NCBI RefSeq assembly: GCF_009914755.1
Contig: NC_060932.1
Direction: 5' to 3' (one strand)
Length of the DNA: 64,000 nucleotides
Origin: the human T2T-CHM13v2.0 reference genome, Homo sapiens
Below are positions 52,101 to 64,000 of this stretch, in pieces. Position 1 is the first letter of the stretch. The number at the start of each line of letters is the position of its first letter. The notes beneath the pieces are model-generated. The model ran no database searches, was not told the origin of the DNA, and worked only from the letters and a program-made list of their open reading frames with translations. Both the position numbers and the translations under genes were made by a program.

Positions 52101-55100
52101 CCCTTCCAAAGCCTGGGGCTTCATAGCATGCCCGGGACTGCCCTGCAAGCTTCTGGGTTGGGGAAGGCCATTTTTAAAGGCTCCCAGCCTTCCCTCCGGC
52201 CTCGCTGCTCCTTTTCTCTGCCTGCCTTAACGTCACCCAGACCCCCTGCGGCCCGCCCATGCCTCCCTGCCGCCCCGTTTTCACTTGTGAAGGCCTTCCA
52301 AGAGAGATGCAGGCATCCTGCTCCAAAGACTGGGGCTTTACTGCCCACCTGGGAGAGATCTGGGAGCTTCTGGGATGGGAGAGGCCTCCTTGGGAGGCTC
52401 CCAGTATTCCCTGCAGTGTCTCCTCTTCTCCCCTCTGCCTGCCTCAACTTCCCCTTGAGTCCCTGCAGCCCACCAAGGCCACACTGCTATTCAGTTTTTG
52501 CTTGTGGAGGCCTTCTGTGACAAACACAGACACTCTGCTCCAAATTCTGGGGCTTCACAGCCTGTCCAGGACAGCCGTGTGGGCTTCTGTGATGGAAGAG
52601 GCATTCTTGGGAGGCTTTCAACATTGCCTCCATTTTCGCTTATGGGGGCCTTCTGCGAGAGACACAGGTACCCTACTCCAAAGCCTGGGGCTTTACACCG
52701 TGCTTGGGACAGCCCTGGGCTCTTCTGGAATGGAAGAGGCATCCTTGGCATGTTCCCAGCATTCCCTGCGGTCTCGCCCCTACTCCCGTCTGCCGGCCTC
52801 AATGTCCGCCTGAGGGCCTGCGGCCCGCCCACTCCCCCCTCTTGTCCGGATTTTGCTTATAGAGGCCTTTCTAGAGAGACACAGTCACCTTACTTCAAAG
52901 CCTAGGGCTTTACAGCCCAACCATATCGGCCCTGGGGGCCTCTGGGATGGAAGCAGTCTCCTTAGGAAGCTCCCAGCATTCCGTGCAGTCTCTCCGCTTC
53001 TCCCCTGTGGTCCCGTTTTCACATGTTGAGGCCTTCTGGGAGAGGCATAGGCACCCTGCTCCAAAGCCTGGGGCTGTACAACTCGCCTGGTAGAGCCCTG
53101 GTGTCTTCTGGGTTGGGAGAGGCCTACTTGGGAGGCTCCCAGCATTCCCTGCTGTCTCGGTGCTTCTCCCCTCTGACTGCCTCAGTGTCCTTGCTTGTTC
53201 CCTGCTGCCCGCCCATGCCACCCTGCGGCCTCGTTTTTGCTTGTGGTGAGCTTCCCAGAAAGACACAGGCACTCTGCTGCAAAGCATGGGTATTTACAAC
53301 CCGCTCATCCCCCTGAGTCCCAGCGGCCCGTATATACACCACCATGCATCCCCGTTTTCACTTGTGGGCACGTTTCGCGAGAGACACAGTCCCCTTGCTT
53401 CAAAGCCATGAAGGCTTCTGGGATGGGAGAGGCCTCCTTAAGGGGCCCCCAGAATTCCCAGCGGTCTTGACGCTTATCCCCTCTGCCTACCTCAATGTCA
53501 CGCTGAGTTTCTGGCGACCGCCCACACCACCTTGCGGTCCCGTTTTCACTTGTGGGATTCTTCTGACAGAGGCACAGGCAACCTGCTACAAAACCTGGGG
53601 CTTGACAACCCACCCGGGACAGCCCTGGGGGCTTCTGGGATGAGAAATGCATCCTTGGGAGACTCCCAGCATTCCCTGCAGTCTTGATGCTTCTCCCATC
53701 TGCCTGCCTCATCATCCACCTGAGTCACTGCGGCCCGCCTAGGCCACCCAGCGACTTTGTTTTGGCTTGTGGGGGTCTTCTGCGAGAGACACAGGCAAGC
53801 TCCTCCAAACCCTGCGGCTTTACAGCCCGCCCAGGACAGACCTGGGGACTTCTGTGATGGGAGAGGCCTTTTTGGGAGGTTCCCAGCATTTCCTGCGGTT
53901 TCGCCGTTTCTCCCCTCTGCCTGCCTCAATGTCCCCCTGAATCCCTGCAGGCCACCCACGCCAACTTGAAGCCCCGTTTTTGCTTATGGGGGCCTTCCGC
54001 GAGAGACACAGGCAACCTGCTCCAATGCCTGGGGCTTTACAGCCTGTGAGAGACAGCCCTGGAAGCTTCTGAAAAGGTAGAGGCATGCTTGGGAGCCACC
54101 CAGTATTCCCTGCGGTCTCTCTGCTTCCCCAGTCTGCCTCAACATCCTCGTGAGTCCCTGCGGCCCTCCTACACCACCCTGCCTCCCCGTTTTTGCTTGT
54201 GGGTGCCTTCCGCCAGAGACACAGGCACCCTGCTCCAAAGCCTGGGGCTTTACAGCCCACCCGAGAAAGCCCTGGAGGCTCCTGGGATGGAAGAGGCCTC
54301 CTTGGGAGGCTTTCAGCATTCCCTGTGGTCTCACGGCTTCTCCTCACTGCCTGTCTCAACGTCTCCCTGAATCCCTGGGAACTGTCCACACCACACCACA
54401 CTGTTTTTGCTTGTGAGGGTTTTCAGCGAGAGACACAGGCACCCTGCTCCATAACCTAGGGCTTTGCAGCCCGCCCGGGACAGCCCTGGGGCCTTCTGGG
54501 ATGGGTGAGGAGTCCATGGGAGGCTCCCAGCATTTCCTGCCATCTCGCCTCTTCTCCCCTGTGACTGCCTCAACTTCCTTCTGTGTTCCTGTGGCCCGCC
54601 CACTCCACCTTGCAGCCACGTATTCGCTCGTGGGGGCTTCCATGAGAGATACAGCCACCTTGCTCCAAAGCCTGGGGCTTTACAGCACGCCAGGGACAGC
54701 GCTGGGGGCTCATGGGTTGTGAGGGACCTCCATGGGAGGCTCCCAGCATACCCAGTGGTCTTGCAGCATCTGCACACTGCAAGCATCAACGTCCCGCCGA
54801 GTTTCTGTGGCCTGCCCCACAAGTTTCTATTAGCTTGTCGGGCCTTTTGCTAAAGACACAGGCAACCTGATTCAATGCCTGCGACTTTACAACCGGCCCA
54901 GGACAGCACTGGTAGCTTCTGGGATGGGAGCGGTTTTATTGGAGGCCCCTAACATTCCCTGAGGTCTCACTGCTTCTCCCCTCTGCCTGCCTCAACGTCC
55001 CTGAGTCCATGTGGCCTTCGCACACCACAATGCGACTCCATTTTCACTTTTGGGGTCCTTCCGCGAGAGACACAGACACCATGCTCCAAAGCCTAGAACT

Positions 55101-58100
55101 TTACAGCCCACCAGGGACAGCCCTCGGGGCTTCTGGGATGCGAGTGGCCTTTAGGGGAGGCTCCCAGCATTCCCTGCAATCTTGCCACTTCTTTCCTATG
55201 CCTGCCTCATCGTCCCCCTTAGTCCTTGCGGCACGCTCACACCATCCTGTTGCCCAGTTTTCACGTGTAAGGGCCTTCTGCAAGAGGCACAGTCACCCTG
55301 CTCCAAAGCCTGGCACTTTACAACTCACGCAGGACAGCCCTGGGGACTTCTGGGATGGGAGAGGCATCACTGGGATGCTTCCAGCATTCCCTGTGTTCTG
55401 CCACATCTCCCCTCTTCCTACCTCAAGATCCCCCTGAGTCCCTGCAAACGGCCCACCCCACTCTGTGGTACCATTTTCACTTGTGGGGGCCTTCAGAGAG
55501 AGGCACAGGCAGCCTGCTCCAAAGCCTGGGGCTTAACAACCTGCCTGGTATAGCCCCAGGGTCTTCTGAGATGGAAGAGACCTCTTTGGGAGGCTCCAAA
55601 CCATCTACCCGCTTCTCCCCTCTGCCTACCTCAACATACCCCTTTGTCTCTGCTGCCTGCCCACACCACACTGAGGCCCCGTTCGTGCTATGGGGGCCTT
55701 CTGAGAGAGTCACAGGCACCCTGATCCAAAGCATGAAGCTTTACAGCTCTCCCGGGAGAACCCTGGGGCTTCTGGGGTGGGAGAGGCCTCCTTGGGAGGC
55801 TCCCAGCATTTTCTGTGGTCTCACCGCTTCTTCCCTCTACCACCCTTAAAGTCCCCCTGAGTCCCAGCGGCCCTCCCACGCCATTCTGTGTCCCCGTTTT
55901 CTCTTGTGGATGCCTTCCACGAGAGACAGTCACCCTCCTCTTTAAAGCCTGGGGCTTTACATCCCGTGCAAGACAGCCTACGGGCTTCTAAAATGGGAAA
56001 GGCCTTCATGGGAGGCTCCCAACAATTCCTGCCATCTCGCTGCTTCAACCCTCTGCCTGCCTCAATGTACCCCTGACCCTGCCGCCTGCCCATGCCATCC
56101 TGCATCCCCGTTTTTGCTTGTAGGGGCCTTCCATGAGAGATACAGACACCATGTTCCAAAGCCTGGGGCTTTACATCCCACCGGGGATAGCTCTGTGGGC
56201 TTCTGGGATGAAAGAGGCCTCCTTGGGAGGCTCTTAGCATTCTCTGCAATCCTCCTGCTTCTCCCGTCTGCTTACCTCAAAGACCCGCTGAGTCTCTGCC
56301 GCCCGCGCAAGCTACCCTGCCTCCCCGTTTTTGCTTGTGGGGGCCTTCCAAAAAAATACACAAACACCCTGCCCCATAGCCTGGGGCTTTATAGCCTACC
56401 CGGGAGCGGTGGGAGCTTCTGGTATGGGAGATGCTGGCTAGGGAGGCTCCCAGCATTCCATGCAGTCTTCCTGCTTCTTCTGTCTGCCTGCCTCAAAGTC
56501 CCCCTAAGTCCATGCGGCCCGCCAACGCCACCCTATGGCTCTGTTTTCGCTTCTGGTGGCCTTCTGCGATAGACACAAACACCCTGCTCCAATGCCTGGG
56601 ACTTTACGGCCTGCCCAAGACAGCCCTGGGGGCTTCTGGAATGGGAGAGGCCTCCTGGGCAGGCTCCCAGGTTTCCCTGGGGTCTTGCCGCTTCTCCCTC
56701 CTACCTGCCTCAACATCCCCCTGAGTCACTTCGGCCAGAGCATGCCACCGTGCCATTCCATTTTTGCTTGTGGGGGACTTCCGCGAAAGACACGGGCACC
56801 TTGCCCCAATGCCTGAAGCTTTACAGCCCACCCTACCCCTGCTCGGGGCAGCTCTGGGGCTTCTGAGATGGGAGAGGCCTCCTTGGGAGGCTCCCAGATT
56901 TCCCTGTGGCCTCGCCACTTCTCCCCTCTGCCTGCCACAACGTCCCCCTGAGTGCCAAGGGCCCGCCCATGCCACCTTGTAGCCCAATTTTCGTTTGTGG
57001 GATCTCCCGCGAGAGACACACACATCCTTCTCCAAAGCCTGAAACTTTAAAGGCTCCCCGCGACAGTTCTGTGGGCTTCTGGGATGGTAGAGTGGTCTTT
57101 TGGAGGCTCCTAGCATTCCCTGCACTCTCACCACTTCTCTCCTCTGCCTGCCTTAACGTCCCTGAGTCTCTTTGCCCTGCTCATGCCACCCTGTAGACCC
57201 ATTTTCGCTTGTGGGGGCCTACCTCGAGATACATAGGCACCCTACTCCAGAGCTTGGGGGTTTACATCCTGCCCAGAACAGCCCTGGGAAATTCTGGGAC
57301 GGGAGAGGCCTCCTTGGGAGGCTCCCAGCATTCCCTGCAGTCTCACAGCTTCTACCCTCTGCCTGCCTCAATGTACCCTTGAGTCTCTGCCGCCTGCCCA
57401 TGCTAACCCACAGCCCCATTTTCACTTGTGGGGGTTTCCGCGAGGGACACAGGCACCCTGCTCCAAAGCCTGGGGCTTTTCAACCAGCTTGGAACAGCCC
57501 TGGGGGTTTCTAGGATGGGAGAGGCTTCCTTGGGTGGTTCCCAGCATTCCCTGTGGTCTCGCTCCTTCTCCCCTCTGCCTGCCTTAACATTTCCTTAGAT
57601 CTGTACCAACCGCCCACACCAAACTGTGGCCCAGCTTTTTATTCTGGGGACCTTTCAAGAGAGATAAAGGCACCCTGCTCCGAAGCCTATGGCATTGCAG
57701 CCCACCAGAAAGAGCCCTTGGGTCTTCTGGGATGGGTGAGTCATCCTTCGGGGGCTGCCAGCATTCCCTGTAGTCTTGCCGCTTCTCCCCTCTGAATGCC
57801 TCCACATCCACCTGAGTCCCTGTGGCCCGCCCACGCCATGCTGTGTCCCCGTTTTCGTTTGTGGGGCCCTTCCGCTAAAAACAGTAAGAAACTACTCCAA
57901 AGCCTGGGGCTTTACAGCCTGCCTGGGACAGCCTTGGGGACTTATGGGATGGGAGGGGCCTCCTTGGGAGGCTCCCAGCACTCCCTGCTTTCTTGCTGCT
58001 TCTCCCCTCGGCCTTCCTCAACGTCCCGCTGAGTCCCCATGACCCGCCCACGCCACCCTGCTACCCCGTTTTCGCTTGTCAGGGCCTTCCGCCAGAGACA

Positions 58101-61100
58101 CAGTCACCCTGCTCCAAAGCCTGGGGCTTTACACCAAGTCCGGGACAGCCCTGAGGGCTTCGGGGATGGGAGAGGCCTCCTTTGGAGGCTCTTAGCATTC
58201 TCTGCTCTCTCGCTGCTTTCCCCCTCTGCCTGCCTCAACATCCCCCTGAGTCCCTGTGGCCGGCTGATGCCACCCTGAGGCCCCGTTTTCGCTTAAGGCG
58301 TCCTTCGGTGAGAGACACAGACACACCGCTCCAAAGCCTATGGCTTTACAGCCCACCTGAAACAGCCCTAGGGACATCTGGAATGGGAGAGGTGTCCTTA
58401 GGAGGCTCCTAGCATTCCATGCGGTCTTGCCACTTTTTTTTTTCTGCGTGGCTCAACCTCCTCCTGAGTCCCTGGGGCCTGCACACGCCACCCTGTGGCC
58501 ACGTTTTTGCTTGTGGCGGCCTTCTGCAAGAAACACAGGCATGCTGCTCCAAAGCCTGGGACTTTACAGCCTGCCTGGAACAGCCTGGGGGCTTCTGTGA
58601 TGGGAGATGCCTCCTTAGGCTCCCAGCATTCCCTGTGGTCTCTAAGATTCTCCCCTCTGCCTGCCTCAATTTTCCCTGAGTCCCAATGATGCACTCACTC
58701 CACCCTGCATCCCTGTTTTCCTTTGGGCGGGCCTTCCACCAGGGATGCAGGCACACTGCTTCAAAGCCTGGGGCTTTACAACCCTCCTGTAGAGCCCTGA
58801 GGGCTTCAGGGATGGGAAATGCCTTTTGGGGAGGCTTCAAGCATTCCCTGCAATCTTGCCGCTTCTCTCCTCTGCCTGCTGCAATGTCCCCCTCAGTCCC
58901 TGTGACCTGCCCATGCCACCCCGCAGCCCAATTTTTGCTTGTGGCGGCCTTCCGCGAGAGACCCAGGCAAACTGCTCCAAAGCTTGGGGCTTTACAGCCT
59001 GCTCAGGAGAGCCCTGGGCATTTCATGGATGGAAGAGGGCTCCTTGGGAGGCTGCCAGCACTGTCTGCGGTCTTGCTGTTTTTCCCATCTGCCTGCCTCA
59101 ATGTAGCCCTGAGCCCCTGAAGCCCCCTCGTGCCATCCTGCGGCCCCATTTTTGCTTGTTGGGGACTTCTGCGAAAGCCACAAGCACCCTGTTCCAAAGT
59201 CTGGGACTTTACAGCCCACACGGGACAGCTCTGAGGGCTTCTAAAATGGGAGAGATTTTCTTGGGTGGCTCCCAGCATTGCCTGCGTTCTCTCTGCTTCT
59301 CCCCTCTGCCTGCCTCAATATTCCCTGGAGTCCCTGTGGCCCGCCCACACCACCCTGCGACTGCTTATTCACTTGTGGGGGCCTTCCGCAAAAGATATAA
59401 TCACCCTGTTCCAAAGCCTGGGGCTTTACAGCCTGCGAGAGACACCCTGGGGACTTTTGAAAAAGTGAGGCCTCTTTGGGAGGCTCACAGTATTCCCTGT
59501 GGTCTTGCTGCTTCACCCCTCTGCCTGCCTCATTATCCACCTGAGTATCTTGGGCCCACCCAGGTCACCCTGTGACCCGGTAGGTCTTCGCTTGTGGTGG
59601 CCTTCCCCAAGAGACGCAGGCACCCTGATCCAAGGCCTGAGGGTTTACAGCCTGTTCGCAACAGCCCTGGGGCTTCTGGGATCAGAGAGGCCTCCTTAGG
59701 AGGCTCCCAGCATTCCTTGCTGTTTCCCTGCTTCTCCCCTCTGCCAGGCTCAACATTCCCTTGAGTCCATGTGGCCTGCCCTCGGCACCATTCGGCCCCG
59801 TTTTTGCATGTGTGGGCCTTCTGCGAGAGACACAGGCATGCTGGTCCAAAGCATGGGGTATTACAGCCTGCCTGGGACAGCCCTGGGGGTTTCTGGATGG
59901 AAGACATATCCTTGGGAGGCTCCCAGCATTCCCTGCGGTCTTACCACTTCTCCCCTTTGTCTACCTCAACATTTCCCTGAGTCCCTGTGACCCCCTCACG
60001 CAACCTGCAGCCCCGTTTTCACTTGTGGCGGCCTTCCCCGAGAGACACAGACACCCTGGTCCAAAGCCTGGGGTTTACAGCTTTCTCAGGACGGCCCTGG
60101 GGCATTCTGGGATGAGAGAGGCCTCCTTGGGAGGCCGCTGACACTCGCTGCAATCTCACGGCTTCTCCCCTCTGCCTGCCTCAATGTCTTTCTGAGTCCC
60201 TGCAGCCCGCTCATACCACCCTGCTGCCCTGCTTTCCCTTGTGGGGGCCTTTTGCGAGAGACACAGGCACCCTGCTCCAAAGCCTGGAAGTTTACAGCCC
60301 GCCCAGGACAGTCCTGAGGGATTCTGGTATGAGAGAGTCATCCTTGGGAGGCTTTCAGCATTCCCTGAGGTCTCAATGCTTCCCTCCTCGGCCTGCCTCA
60401 ACCTTCCCCTGAGTACCTGTGGCTCTCCCATGCCCCCGTGTAGCCCCATTTACTTTTGTGGGGTCCTTCCACGAGAGACACAAGCACCCTGCTCCAAAAC
60501 CTCTGACCTTACAACCTGCCCAGGACAAACCTGGGGGCTTGTGGGATGGGGGAGGCCTCTTTGGGAGGCTCCTGGCATTCCCTGTTGTCTCGCCACTTCT
60601 CCCCCTACCTCCCAGAACATCTGCATAGTCTCTGCGGTTTGCCCACGCCCCCCTGCGAACCCGTTTTCACTTGTCAAGGGGTTCTGCGAAAGACACAGGA
60701 ACCCCGCTCCAAAGCCTTGGGCTTTAGAGCCTGCCCAAAATAGCTCTGGGGGCTTCTGAGATGGAAGAGGCCTCTTTTGGAGGCTCCCAACAATCGCTGT
60801 GGTCTCATTGCTTCTCCCCTCTGCCTGCTGCAATGTCCCACTGAGTTACTGCGGCCTGCCCATGCTAACCTGCGGCCCTGGTTTTGCTTCCAGGGTATTC
60901 TGTGAGAGACACAGGAACCCTACTCCAAAGCCTGGGGCTTTACAGTCCACCTGGGACAGCCCTTGAGGCTTCTGGGATGAAAGCAGACCTTTTTCATAGG
61001 CTCCTAGCATTCCCCACTGTCTTGCCGCTTCTCCCCACTGCCTGCCTCAACGTCCCCCTGAGTTACTTTTTCCTACTGAAGCCATTCTACAGCCAAACCT

Positions 61101-63883
61101 TTGCTTGTGGGGGCCTTCCACGAAAGACACTTGCACCCTGCTCCAAAGCCTGAACCTTTACATCACACCCAGGACAGCTTTGGGGGCTTTTGTTATGGGA
61201 AAGGGGAACTTGGAGGCTCCCAGCATTTCCTGCAGTCTTGTCCCTTCTCCCCTCTGCCTTCCTGATCATACCAATGAGTACCTGCGGTCCGCCAATGCCA
61301 TGCTGTGACCCCTTTTTCGCTTCTAGGAGCCTTTCCCGAGAGACACTGACAACCTGCTCCAAAGCCTGGGGCTTTACAGCCTGCCTGGAATAGCACTGGG
61401 GACTCCTGGGATGGGAGAGGCCTCCTTGGGAGGCTGCCAGCATTCCCTATGATCTCGCTGCTTCTCCCCTCGGCCTGCCTCAATGTTCCCCTGAGTCCCT
61501 ACGACCCGCCCAGGCCACCGTGCAGCCCTGTTTTCACTTGACGGGGCCTTCCCCAAGAGACAGAGTCACCCTGCTCCAAAGCCTGGGGCTTTACCCAATG
61601 CCCAGGACAGCCCAGGGGGATGGGATTCTGGGATGGAACGGGCCTCCTTTGCAGGTTCCCATCACTCCCTGCAGTCTCGCCACTACTCCCATCAGCCTGC
61701 CTCAATATCTCCCTGAGTCCTGGAGGCCCTCCCAAGCCAACCTGCGGTCCTCTTTTGCTTGTGGGGGCCTTCCACGAGAGACACAGACACGCTGCTCCCA
61801 ACCTTGGAACATTACAACTTGCCCCAGACAACTCTGGGGTCTTCTTGGATGAAAGAGGCTGCCTTGGAAGGCTCCCGGCATTCCCTGTTGTTTCACCACT
61901 TATCCCCTCTGCCTTTCACAATGTCTCCATGAGTCCCTGCGGCCAGCCCACGCCAATTTGTGGTCCCGTTTTCACTTGTCAGGGCGTTCCACGAAAGACA
62001 CAGGCAACCCACTCCAAATCCTGGGGCTTTACAGCCCGCCAGGACCAGCCCTGGGGGCTTCTGTGATAGAAGCCTCTTTGGAAGGCTCCCAACATTCCCT
62101 GCATTCTCGCCGCTTTTCCCCTCTGCCTGCCTCAATGTGCCACTGAGTCCCTGAGGACTGCAGATGCCACCCTGCGTCCCCATTTTGGCTTGCGAGGGCC
62201 TTCTGTGAAAGACACTGGCACCCTCCTCGAAAGACTGGGACTTTAAAGCCCACCCAGGTAAGCCCAGGGGGCTTCTGGGATGGGAGAGGCCTCCTTGGGA
62301 GGCTCCCAGCACTCCCAGTGATCTCGCCGCTTCTCCCCTCTGCCTGATTTAACATCTCCCTGAGTCCCTGCGGCCCGCCAATGCCACTTTGCGGCTCCGT
62401 TTTCGCTTGTGGGATCATTCCTTGAGAGACACAGGCACCCTGCTCCAAATCCTGTGGCTTTACAGCCCGCTCGGGACAGCCCTGGTGGCATCTGGGATGA
62501 AAGAGGCCTCCTTGGGAAGCTCCCAGCATTCCCTGCGGTCTCACCACTTCTCCCCTCTGCATGCCTCAACGTCCCCATGAGACCCTGTGGCCCAACCACG
62601 CCACCCTGCCTCCCAGTTTTCACTCGTGGGGGCCATTCACAACAGACACAGGCTCCGTACTCTAAAGCCTGGGGCTTTACATCTGACCCGGAAAAGCCCT
62701 GGGGGGTTTTGGGATGACAGAGGCCTTTTTGGAAGGCTCCCAGTATTCCCCGTGGTCTCACCGCTTCTTCCTTCTGCCAGATTCAACGTCTTCCTGAGTC
62801 ACTGCTGCAACCCCATGCCACCCTGCAGCCCCTTTTTCCCACATGGGGGCCTTTCACGAGAGACACAGGCTGTCTGCTACAAAGCCTGGGGCTTTAGAGC
62901 ACTCCGCAGACAGCACTGGGGACTTCTGGAATGGGAAAGGCCTCCTTGGAATGCTCTCAGCATTCCCTGCAGTCTATATGCTTCTTTCCTCTCCCTGGCT
63001 CAATGTCCCACTGAGGCTCTGCTGCCTGCCCACGCTACCCTATGGCTTCGTTTTCACTACTGGGGGCCTTCCGCTGGAGACACAGGCATCCTGCTTCAAA
63101 ACCTCAAGCTTTACATCAGCCGGGGGCAGTCCTGCGGCTTCACGGATGGGACACCTTTTTAGGATGCTCCCAGCATTCCCTGTTGTCTCGCAGAAACTCT
63201 CCTCTGCCTGCCTCATCATCAACTGAGTCCCTGCCAGCCACTCACGCCACCCTGCGGCCACGTTTTTGCTTGTGAGGTTCTTTTTTGAGAGGCGCTGGCA
63301 CCCTGCTCCAAAGCCTGGGGCTTTAAACCTGCCTGGGACAGCCCTGGGGGCTTCGTGGATAAGAGGCCTTTTTGGCAGGCTCCCTGCATTCCCTGTGGTC
63401 TCGCCACTTATTCCCTCTGCCTGCCTCAATGTCTCCCTGAGTTCCTGCAGCCCTCTCATGCCATCCAGATGCCCCATTGTTTCTTCTGCCATCTTCCACG
63501 AGAGACACAGGCACCCTGCTCCAAAGCCTGGGGCATTACAGCTTGTGCAGGACAGTCGTGGGGGTTTCTGGTATGGGAGAGGCCTTTTTGGAGGCCTCCA
63601 GCATTTCCTGCAGTCTCACCAGTTCTCCTCTCTGCCTGACTCAACATCCACCTGAGTCTCTGCCACCCGTCCACTTCTGCCTTGGGCCCTGTTTTTGCTT
63701 GTGGGGGCCTGTGGCAAGAGACACAAGCACATTGCTCCAAAGCCTGGGGCTTTACAGCTTACCAGGGACAGACCTGGGGGCTTTGGGTTGGGAGAGGACT
63801 CCTTGGCAGGTCCCTAGCATTCCTTTCAGTCTCGCCACTTCTCCTCTCTCCCTGCTGCAATGTTTCCCTGAGTTTCTGTGGCC
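40193..63883 (-). repeat. Gamma satellite, ~216-bp subfamily (GSATII-like), ~110 monomers, inverted relative to the 218-bp blocks
   Basis: Plus-strand unit CCCAGCATTCCCTGCGGTCTCGCCGCTTCTCCCCTCTGCCTGCCTCAACGTCCCCCTGAGTCCC...GAGAGACACAGGCACCCTGCTCCAAAGCCTGGGGCTTTACAGCC...CTTCTGGGATGGGAGAGGCCTCCTTGGGAGGCT. Marker spacing 213-217 bp (57011, 57226, 57442, 57659). Its reverse complement aligns with the 218-bp unit. Confidence 0.88.
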
Positions 63884-63900
63884 TGCCAGCAGAAATTTAA

Positions 63901-63945
<45 letters not shown>

Positions 63946-64000
63946 TGTATTTATTCACTCCAAAAAAGTAAAACCTATGGCCAAGAATGTGGCAAGGCAA
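63884..64000 (-). mobile_element. Non-satellite sequence, possibly the 3' end of an LTR on the minus strand (family not identified)
   Basis: Minus strand reads ...GTGAATAAATACAG(TTA)n...AAATTTCTGCTGGCA: a poly(A)-signal hexamer shortly before a terminal CA. Only ~115 bp are visible. Confidence 0.3.
63901..63944 (+). repeat. (AAT)14 microsatellite
   Basis: Perfect AAT run just after the end of the gamma array. Confidence 0.95.

Noticed and set aside
50945-52126. 393-aa ORF and many overlapping 60-250 aa ORFs in gamma satellite
   Set aside because: The GC-rich 216-bp unit is a multiple of 3 and poor in stop codons. ORFs occur in all six frames, drift between frames and show no recognisable domain.
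28940-63883. Conserved motifs separated by variable sequence, superficially CRISPR-like
   Set aside because: The intervening sequences are homologous to one another (whole-unit tandem repeat), the context is primate and there are no cas genes.
63752-64000. ORF with a poly-tyrosine tract
   Set aside because: Translation of the (AAT)n microsatellite.

Overview
This window is primate (human-like) pericentromeric satellite DNA with no credible protein-coding or RNA genes; all listed ORFs are by-products of translating tandem repeats. Positions 1-28.9 kb are old, divergent monomeric alpha satellite (~171 bp, no CENP-B boxes seen) containing three antisense AluS copies and a (CA)n. From 28.9 to 40.2 kb, blocks of a GC-rich ~218-bp gamma satellite alternate with two alpha islands. 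From 40.2 to 63.9 kb lies a second, ~216-bp gamma-satellite subfamily (GSATII-like) in the opposite orientation, ending at an (AAT)n and non-satellite sequence. I found no novel gene system. The notable signals are structural: (i) the three Alus look like one insertion amplified inside a fossil alpha higher-order unit; (ii) the same alpha-to-gamma junction occurs twice, 8.6 kb apart, implying a composite alpha+gamma duplication; (iii) two gamma subfamilies meet at an inverted junction; (iv) the gamma-II array keeps relic higher-order structure and a ZNF143/Staf-like motif per monomer; (v) the alpha island between gamma blocks retains more CpG. All alignments and counts were done by eye and are approximate.
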